A stretch of DNA of 39,885 nt from positions 1-39,885 of IMG/VR virus record IMGVR_UViG_3300042900_000713. One strand, 5' to 3'. This document shows positions 19,948 to 30,500 of this stretch, piece after piece. The translations under genes were made by a program, and so were the position numbers. The notes under the pieces were generated by a model. It had not been told where the DNA came from, did not search any database, and worked only from the letters and a program-made list of their open reading frames with translations. Position 1 is the first letter of the stretch, and the number at the start of each line of letters is the position of its first letter. Source of the DNA: a virus (lineage: Duplodnaviria; Heunggongvirae; Uroviricota; Caudoviricetes).

Positions 19948-21507
19948 TTAAAATTGCAAAATGACTTTGATATCTTCTTTTTGATTTGATGACCTTGTAA
20001 TTGAAGGTCTATTATCAACGTAAATAATACTTCCTGAGTATTTTTTAACCTCGGGATTTGCTAAACCAGCAATGAAAGATTGTCCAAGATTGTATGTTCT
20101 ATTATTTAGTGCCGTAGCGATACCTGTGAAAGTAGTGTCAATGTTAAGATTTGTTCCTTGTATAATAGTTGTTCCACCAACACCAGTAGAATTTGTAAAT
20201 CTATTTAATTGAATTCCATAAGTTGGAAATTGATTTTGAGATCCATCAGTATTAAACCCAACGAGACTTTTATCTTGCCAATATTTTAATACTCCAGTAT
20301 TTTGGTCATAAGAAACCACTCTTCCAACAGCAGTTGTTCCAGTACTTATAATTTGGGTAAATTTTGAATTTGGAGTAAATATAGCAGTGTCATATCCTGT
20401 TCCTGTAAGTTTTAGCGCATAAACAGCACTTGCTTTTTCTATATCTAATAATGAAGTAGAATCATATGCTTGAGGATTTTCTACAATTCCAACTCTAGCA
20501 ATTTTATTTCCGGTTATAAAATCTGGATTTTCTAAATCATTTTCAATCCTAGAAAAAATCAAAACACTATAAGCACCAAGTTCCCTATAGATGTCTGCTC
20601 CGTGACCTCCTTTTGGTGGAATAATTACATTAAAAGATGGTATATCATTATCATTCACCCCAATCGGAACATTTCCTCCAACTAAATCAACAGTTCCATA
20701 AGTATATCCCGAGCCTCCAGTAGAAACTGTAATTGATTCTACTCTAGAATCGTTGTTAATTACAATAGTTGCTTTTGCTCCTTCACCATCACCTTTAATT
20801 GGGACATTTGTATAAGTTCTATTTGCAGTCCCAATACCAACCCCACGATTTATAATGGTAATAATTTTAAGTTGGTTATTAGGAGATGCTGCGTTTGTTC
20901 TTAGTGCTAAAGATTCGGAACTAGTCTCCCAGTTTTTTGGTACAGGTATAAAATTAACCGTATCGAATTTTATAACTTCACTAGGTTTGATTGTATAGAG
21001 ATATTTCCAAATATATCCATCACCAGTATTTCCCGCTGCTTTTGGTTCTAAATCTGTAAAAGTTGGTTCATCTAATGATGGTCTTCCAGTTACATTGTCT
21101 GGATCAGTACCATTTTGAAGGCAAATATAAACTCTATAATCACTATTAATTACATAATAATTGGCCGAATATAAACTAGTTGATCCAGATGGTTTTGATG
21201 TATTACTTATACTAATATCATGACGATACATATCATAAGTTGTTCCAGAAGACCAAGTTATTTTACGAATAACTTGATTTACGTCACTTGCTTTAATTTT
21301 TTTTAAAGCAACCATAGTATCCCAATAATCATTTTCTTGATCAAAACTATCTCTTGGTGATGGTGGATTATTTTCCCAAGTTGTTAAGTAATCAGTTGCA
21401 TTAGTTAAACCAACAAAAGAATAATATGAATTGGAAGAAGATGTAACACCACTAACAAAATTCTTTGCATTTAATATTCTTAGTTGGTCAGTTATAATTG
21501 CAGACAT
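19948..21507 (-). CDS. g8: Baseplate wedge subunit
   Basis: MSAIITDQLRILNAKNFV...WSSGTTYDMYRHD...VYICLQNG...DGYIWKYLYTI...YVDNRPSITRSSNQKEDIKVILQF. Confidence 0.93.
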   Translation of the reverse strand: MSAIITDQLRILNAKNFVSGVTSSSNSYYSFVGLTNATDYLTTWENNPPSPRDSFDQENDYWDTMVALKKIKASDVNQVIRKITWSSGTTYDMYRHDISISNTSKPSGSTSLYSANYYVINSDYRVYICLQNGTDPDNVTGRPSLDEPTFTDLEPKAAGNTGDGYIWKYLYTIKPSEVIKFDTVNFIPVPKNWETSSESLALRTNAASPNNQLKIITIINRGVGIGTANRTYTNVPIKGDGEGAKATIVINNDSRVESITVSTGGSGYTYGTVDLVGGNVPIGVNDNDIPSFNVIIPPKGGHGADIYRELGAYSVLIFSRIENDLENPDFITGNKIARVGIVENPQAYDSTSLLDIEKASAVYALKLTGTGYDTAIFTPNSKFTQIISTGTTAVGRVVSYDQNTGVLKYWQDKSLVGFNTDGSQNQFPTYGIQLNRFTNSTGVGGTTIIQGTNLNIDTTFTGIATALNNRTYNLGQSFIAGLANPEVKKYSGSIIYVDNRPSITRSSNQKEDIKVILQF

Positions 21508-21520
21508 TTTATAGTTTTTT

Positions 21521-21527
21521 TATTTAT
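21521..21527 (-). promoter_or_regulatory. Late promoter motif ATAAATA upstream of g8
   Basis: Plus strand TATTTAT at 21521-21527, 13 nt upstream of the g8 ATG. Confidence 0.6.
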
Positions 21528-24500
21528 TTAGGTATTATAATTTGAGTATTTTAAACGATTATACCTTTGAATAACTGGAGAGGATGAAATGCCACCAATA
21601 TTCGCATAAGTGATAAATTCATCTGGATTTGGGCGTATAGGTGTCAAAATTCGCCCCCAACTATATTCTCCATAAAAATCACTAAATCCAAGTCCAGTTA
21701 AATTATTATAATTTGAAACACTTACAGTTACTTTGGTGACGTTGGTAAGTCCTACGCCAGGAACAGCAGTTTGGGCAATTGATACTGATGCAACTTGATA
21801 GATGTTATTAATAAAAGTAGTTCCGACACCAACAACCCCACCAGAAAGATTTAGTGATGTTAACCCATTACCCACATTTGAACTATGAACAATAAAGTAA
21901 TATCCAGTTTGAATTCCACTAATCCCAGTTGTAGCAATTCCCACTTTTACAATACTTGAATCTCTTATAATAGAATTTGTAGGAATAAACAAATCAAATA
22001 CAATTCCAGTTGATGCTACTCCAACAGAAGTAGTTTGAACTCCAGTAATTATTCCAAAATCACCTTCATAAGAAATTTTATCGATAATTTCATATTTTGT
22101 AGGTGGAGTTTCAATTAAAACCACTGGTGGATATGTAAACGTGTATCCAAGTCCAGCAGATGTTATTGCAATTCCTGTTACAACTCCTCCCGAAATTGTT
22201 GCAAGTGCTCTAGCAGTGTTCTGTATTGTAGTTGTTCCAAATCCAATTGGTCCGGCAATTGATACTGTTGGGATAGTAGTATATCCATTCCCATTATCTG
22301 AGATAATAATAGATGAAATTGTCCCCGAAGTAGATACTACTGCAGTAGCAGATGAAGAAACTATGGAATCTTGAGAAATAATAATAATTTTATTTTGTGG
22401 TTTTTCTGTAATTCCGTCATGAGTATACTCTTTCTCACTATCAAAGAATGCCTTAACACTTTCAACAAAAATTATGCTAGACCCTATTCCGATATTTTGA
22501 ATAATATTGGTAGTTGGTTGAATATAAGGTTCATAAAGTACCCTATCTTTACCAACTTGTTTCCCATTTATAACCAAGTCTTCAGTTTGTCTACACCAAG
22601 TTAAAGGTCTTGATAGATCTTCATTTTCAGTAATTCCTGGACCTGAATATAAGTTTGTTGAAAGTATATCAGAAGAAATAATTTCAGTAACCAATCTAGA
22701 GTTCTCTTTTAATTTAATATCATTACTAGTTAAAGTAACTTTATCTCCCTGTTTGATGGTTTCTAAAATATCTACATCCAAAGTATCAATATCTGCAGTT
22801 CCTCGATAAAATATTATTTTAGAGGTATCGCCTTCTTTTGGTGCTTCGGTAAATCGTATAATACTTCCCCCAGAAAAACGGTATCCTTCTCCCGGAACTT
22901 GTAGAATATCATTAATAAAAATTAATAAAGTTGCTTGAACATCAATAATTGAACCTTTTTTTGTTCGGATTGAAGTTTGATTCCCCCCAATACGAATTGG
23001 AAATGATTTTCTATTTCCATCAAAAAGGGAATCAATTGGGTCAATAACTTGAAGTGATCCAACCGTCCATGCAGTAAATGCATCAGAGTATACCCCATCA
23101 ATTGATAATTGGAATTCTGAAAAACTTAATGAGGTATTAGTTGGAATTCCTATGGTTCCTCCAATTGAAACCGTTAATACTTCATTTATATTATATCCAT
23201 ATCCAAAATTCTTTAATTCAAATGATATTACACTTGATCCTTGACCAACTATGATATCAACAACCGCACCAGTACCTACACCTGAAGATGATTGAGAGTT
23301 GTATATTAATGGAATATTTGAATATGATAATGGATCATCAAAAATTACGATTGGTGGATTGGATGAAGTATATCCAACTCCTGGATTTGTAATAGCAACA
23401 CTTACAACACTTCCTCCGCTTATAGAAGCGGTTCCAATTAATTGTATATTTGGAATACCAACGTTTGATGTTACAACCCCGACATTTACAACTGTCTGTA
23501 TTCCAGATCTATAACCAGATCCACTATTTCCAATACTAATAGATTGAATTGTACCTGCAACTGATACTACTGCAGTCCCTCCTGCAGATACTAATGGTTG
23601 ATATGCAAATCCTTGTGTAGATCCAACAGAAAGAATAATACCTCCTCTAGGAATACTTGAAGTGTTTACATCATAACTTGTTGATGTTGCTGATCCAGTA
23701 AATGATATGGAAGTTATTCCTGAAGACTCACTTAAGTCATAATCAACAAAATTGGGTCCTTGAAATATTTCATTTACTAATACTATAGTATTATCTGTTG
23801 ATATTCCAGATACATTTGTTCCATTAGACTTTAATGTAAATGTTTTTTGTATTCCATCAAAATCATTTGAAATATCATCAAAAATATAGTTATTTGAATA
23901 TGATTCATTATTACTATCTGCAATCCCAGATCTTAAGAATATTCTTCCACTAAATGATGACCCAGTAGCAATACCGACATAATCTTGCTCATCTGCCCTA
24001 TTTGATTGATTGACAAAAGGCACTTTTCCATAAGGTGCCTCTGAAAAATAAATTTTATTCCCAACAATGTTATAGTTTCCGTAAACTTTAGATACTAAAC
24101 TTGAAGATGAATGAGTAGATAATCCAGTTCCCATCCAAGGTCTAACTACACTTATTGAATTTGTACTTCCAACTCCAACTGCAGTAACTTTCATAATTTC
24201 TTCATCAATTTTAATCAAGTCTCCACCATAAACTGATGTTATACCAGAAACATATACCAAAGAACTAAAAGCAGTTAAATTACGAATTAATGATGATGTA
24301 ATTGCTGTTGAAACAATAGGAGATTGAATAACATTATCAATTCCAATAATTGCTTTTTTGTTTTGATTTTTTGAAGTAAATAAATGAGAACTCCCTATGC
24401 CAACAGAAGTTAATTCTAAAACTTTTGGAGTAGTTTTTAAAGCATCGGATGCAGAAGTAGAAACTCTTATTTGAGAATCATTTAGTTTAACAACATATAA

Positions 24501-27500
24501 CTTAGGAGGAAGTTTATCAGTAACACCAATACCAGGTACAGAAGTTGTAGCGATACCAATTGCTTGCGCCGACTTAGTAGGGTATGAATATATTATTTCT
24601 TCTCCAGTAACATAGTAATTGTAGGGAATTGTAATTATATTTTTATCAACTTTAATAATATCTGGATTAGTGCCATCGATATATCTTTCAAAAATTGGTA
24701 TATTTTTATGTTTTAACTCAAATTCTTTTTTAATATCTGAATTTGTTCCTGTGTATATTCCATAATCATATTCTAGAGATCCATTTATTAATGATATGTC
24801 GTCAATATTATTACTCAATCCAATGTTAATTGCAAATACTTTGATATCAACATCAATATCTTGAATGGGAGTGAAATAAATTTCAGTATTTGCACCAGAA
24901 ATTCCTGCCGTTGTAATTCCTAAAGAAGATTCTGTTTGTAAAATTCCGAATTCTGTAATATAGCATTGATTTTCTTCGTAATTTGTTACAACTAAAATTT
25001 CAGAAACTTGATATTTTGAATTGGTCTTATCTTCAATACTAATAATATAATATGAACTATTGTAATTTGTATTTGAATAACTTGATATTATGTTTGCTAC
25101 TGGAGAAACACTGGAGGAAATTGCGACTGAAGATGAATTTAGAGAACTTCCTCCAATAATTTCAGTTCCAATTCCGGAAGCACTAGTATTTGCCAAAGAC
25201 ACATTAAAAGTATTAACAATATAATCAATAGAAGTTACTGTATCTGGTATTAAATCAATTTTAATCTCCGAACCAGACAAATAAGCATTATATGTTCCAA
25301 TGCCCAAAGATGAACGTGAAGTAAAACTATCGGTTGTTATTTGTCCATAATCTAATAAATGAATTTGATTTCCATCGTTAATAATAGTAATCTCATCAAC
25401 TTCATAATATGAAGAATCAGTTGCTCCAATTTGAACTAAAACTTTTGATGCTCTATAAGTAGATGCAATTCCTACAATAGAAGTAGAAATTCCAGTTCCT
25501 TGTGGAATTATAGTATTACTAGTATTAATATGAACAGAATTTCCTAAATCTACTGTACCAATTCCACTTAGACTATCGTTGAGGGAGAAAGAAAAAATTT
25601 GTAAATTATAATTATTAAATTTTGTTTTTACTGGATAAAAAAGTAAATTTCCAGATGTTCCAGAAACACTAAAATCAAAAAATCCCAAATTCGGAGATTC
25701 TACTACATTTAATCCATATTGGTTCATAAATCCAACATTATTGTCGTGAAGAAGTACTATGGCACTAAATTGTTTCTCATTTATAAATTTTTGATCTTGT
25801 ATTAGAATAAAATATTTTTTAGATCTGACATTTGTTAACGTAAATGAGTCTACAATACTAAACTCTGTTGCTCTAGGATTACTATTAAATTCATTTGAAA
25901 TATTATCAATTACTAAAACTCTATTTCCAATAGATTCAATATAATCTTGAATAACTCTAGAATCAAATAAAATTTCATTAGAAGTAATAGTATCGTCAAT
26001 GATAAGATTATTTTCCCGAGCAAGATCAAAATCATAAACACAATTAAGGTCAATGAATCTAGACAAATCTGCAGTACCAGAAAAATCTCCTTGATTTTGA
26101 TCTGTTGAAATTCCGATATTTAATGGTTTTGATTCTATAATTAAATTACCAAATTTTTTAAATCCTGCGGTATGGTTTAACGAACTTACTGGATTATCCC
26201 AAGTAGTCAAATCTTTTTGAGATTTCAATTCATATGAAAAATATTGATAATAATCACTATCATGAATTCGTTGAAAATCGTTATTTAAAAATCCAGTTTC
26301 GGTATTCCACCCTTTTCTTGTTTTTGAGGATGAATCAACAGCATAATTAGATTCATAACTTAATATATCATTAATAATACCAACGGAGTTTGAAGTTTTT
26401 CCTCGTATATTACTACCAATAGGAAAATCATCAACTGTGGATATTTTGAGATATTGATTATCTGGATCCCAAAATTGAACATTTCCAACTGATGATTCAA
26501 AATAAATTATTTCTCCTTCATAAAAAGAGTTTTTCTTTAGAATTGGATTAAAAGTTGGAAAATATGATTCTGGAATTATTCTTCCTGCAGATGAGTTAAT
26601 TTTAAATGTTCCCGGAATTTCTTCATTATTCAAATAAGATGAGAGGTTGTATGTAACAACTCCAACTGATCCACCAAGATTTGGATCTACAGCAGTAAGA
26701 GTAAATAATGCATAATCATAATTTGAACTGTTATATCCTTTACCGGTACTATTAACACCTACACTTATACCTTCAATTAATACTTTACTCCCCACTTCAA
26801 ATGGATAATCTTCGGGATTACTAAAACTTGCACCTATAGTTACGGTTACATTTTTAGTTGAGTTGTTAAATGTAATATTATCAATTTTAATTCCATTTGA
26901 ATTATTTGTTGGAATAATTTTAGGAATCGCATTATTAAGAGAACTACTGTTTTTACGTATAGTTACTAAAGAATCACCAAGATTATAAAATAAGTCAACA
27001 TCACTAACTATTTTATTAGTTATTCCATCAATAACTACAAGATCTGGAGAAGCAGTATAATCTTTTCCAATTGAATTAATTTCAATATAATCAAAAAATG
27101 AAAGAGGTTCCAAAACTAATATACTAGGGAACTTCGTGGTAGGTCTAACACTGTAATCAGCAGAATAATCAAATCCAATATCTTGTATTTCTATTGATGT
27201 AATCTTTCCAATAGAACTGGTTTTGGGTTTAACAATTGCATTTAAACCTAAATTAGATTCTATGGAAGTAACTGAAGGTAATCTTGAATATCCTTTTCCT
27301 TTACTTAGAACTTTAACCTCATAAATTGATCCTTGTGCTGAAAGTGAATTATTAGTATAGTATTCTATGCCTTGAGTGTAAATTGGTTCTTCAGGAAATT
27401 CTAAAATATTAAAACTAAATGTTGTGGAAGTAATTCCTACGACTGAGTATTCACCATTATATTTGCTCTCAGATAAAGTAATTTTATTAAATCCTCGTAC

Positions 27501-30500
27501 TTCTGTATCAATTAAAATATCTTTTTTAATTTGCGAATTTCTGTCCAAATTAGTAGGAACCAATTTATAAAATAAATTAGTCGGAGTACTATCATTAATA
27601 GTTAACGTAATATTTGCGGTGGAAGTAATTCCAATTGTACCAATTCCTGATATATCAAATATTTGTGAAGACTGCGTTGTATTGAATTCATCAATAAATT
27701 GTTCATCCCGATAAAATCTAAATTCAAAGGCAGAATAATTTGTCGAATTGGCGTTAAATGACAGAGAGGAATCTGAAAGATCAAAAACTACTCTTTTATT
27801 TTTTGTTAAATTGAGTGGCGGATTGATTGGTGAAATTGTTCCTGGATATGAAGTTGTAATATCAATTATCTCTGGAGGTAATTTAACTGATCCATAATAA
27901 GTATCTGATAATTTAATTTTATTCGAATCAATAGTAACAATATAATAAATTCCAAAATTGATTAAACCAGTTGCTGGAGTTGTCGCTGTGTATATAACTT
28001 TTTGTCCAGTATAGTATTGGTGATTATTAATTGTAATAATATTATTAATAGTATCAATAGATGAAAAAGTTCTAGGATTAATTACCAATCTTCTATTATA
28101 GTCATCATATTTTACTACGAGTGTAGTAGAAATTCCCGGTCTTACATTAATGTTTACATTATCAAGTAGAGATAATCCATGAGTTTCTGCAGTAGAAACA
28201 GTAACTACATTTTTACTAATATTTCCAGTTAAAGTATTTGTATAATTTGTTGTAAAACTATGATTATTTCCGGTTCCCACCGAAGTAAAGTATAAAATAC
28301 CAGATTTTAATGTTGATCCAACAGAAACAAAATTTCCAATTGATCCAAGTCCAACTTTAATAGTTGAAATTCCAATTAAATCATTAGAAATTTTTGCAGC
28401 ATAAACAATTGAATTTTCTTCTAGTTGAAAAGAAGAAGATCCATTAGTAGAAATTGATATAGCATTTCCACCATTTGAAGAATATATTAAAGAATCTCCA
28501 GTATTTAAATTGTGATTTTCAATATAAATTGATTGTGTTGGTATTGTAATTTGAGTAACTCCAACACCCGGATTTGAAAAATAAATTGTGCTAACAATAC
28601 CAACTCCAGAAGTTGTTCCTAATCCAACAGACTCTCTTGGATTAAAATAAAATTCTTTATTAACATTAAAATTATATGTGGTTGAAATTCCAAAATTAAG
28701 TTTTAGTTTTCTAGTTTTCTCAGTAAATCCAATACCGGCAACATATGAAGTCAATCCAGTAGTTCCATTTTGATTACGAAGAACTTTAATTCTAGATGAT
28801 CTGGAATCAATATTTAAAATTTTAATCTTTTCATTTTGAATTTGGTAGATATCATTTTCTTTGATATTTGGATAACTTAAATCTCCAGAGACATTAAAAT
28901 AAGTAATAATTCCAGTATATTGTGCGGAACCAATTCCAGATGTTAACGTGAGATTATTTGTATTAACTACTATATTACCTGACTTTTTATAATCATTACT
29001 ACCAGTAAAAGTAACTAGATCATTATTTGAATAATTGTGTGGAATTGAAGTAAATCCAATAAAAGACTGATTATATGGATAAAACTCAATTTCATTAAAA
29101 GATGATGTAGCAACACTAATTTGAGTTACTTGTTTCCCTTTAATTGAAGAAATTTTTGCTTTTGCTCCAAATCCAGATTGGTGATTAAAAATTAATCTAT
29201 CATTTATTTTATAATTTTGCCCACCATCAAAAATTTCTATAGAATCAATAGATCCTTCTAAAACACTTTTAACAATAGAGTTTTGTTCTTTAATTTTATT
29301 TGGGTTGAGTAAATAATCATACGAAGAAATGTTATATGGAGTAATATTTCTTTTCCAATTAGTTTGATTTATATCAATATAATCTTGATTTGAATAACTG
29401 TTAAAATTAAAATCAATTGGTTTTGCTTTATATGAAGGCCCAATTATATACGGAAAGATTGGTTTTTTTGAAACACTATTAATAGTTGAAAAATATGCAT
29501 AAACTCCATTTGGATACTCTGGAGTAATTCCAAATCTTCCATTATGTTCATCTAATTTATTAAATTCATCAGAATCTTTGTTTCCAACAAAATTATAATC
29601 TTCTATAAAAAATCCTTTTGGATAAATTGATTCTCTAGGTCTACTTGATGGCGAATCTATTAGGTCATACCCAGAAATTAATGGTATTACCTTTCCGCCA
29701 GTTTTTGACGCATATCCATATGGTCCATAAATTGGATTTCCATCATATGCCCACCCAATAATTGGTGAGTGTGAATTTGCTATCTGAACTATATTTTTTA
29801 GGTATTTTGGAGCATACGCATGTGAATATTGAAGTCCATAATTGCTGTTTAGTCCTGGAGTTAAAATTCCTTCGTCAACAGATATTTGAGAATTTATTAC
29901 TAATCTTTCTACCAAATTAATTTTCCAAGATTTAATTTGTGCTTCAAATTTTGCATCTAATCCTGCTGGCGTTACTGTAATTGAAGTGTCTGTGTGATTA
30001 TACCCAATTCCACCGTATATAACTTTAACTTCAACTAAAGATCCATTTGATAATATGGGAGTTAGTACTGCACCAGTACCAGTTCCATCAATTTGAAGAT
30101 TTGGTGGAGAATTGTACCCATTTCCAGAACTATTGACCAAAACATCAACGATTTGTCCATTTGAAATAATCGGTGTTAATTGAATTCCCGATCCAGAATT
30201 TAATTCAAAGAGTGGTTGTCTATTATAATTGATAATATCCTCAGAACCATAATTTAATCCACCAGAACTAATAAATATTGATTGTATTTGCCCCCTAAAG
30301 ATTGGTTGAGCGATAGCATTAAAATTTTGACCGGAAAGAGTAGAAACCCCAATTCTTCCACTAATAGATACACTTATTTCTGGATAATTAAATCTATGAG
30401 AACCAACACCAGAGGAAGTTAGATTCACATATTGATTTGTATCATAATAGAATTTTTTAGTAACACCTAGTGTACCAATTCCAATTTGAGATAATTTAAA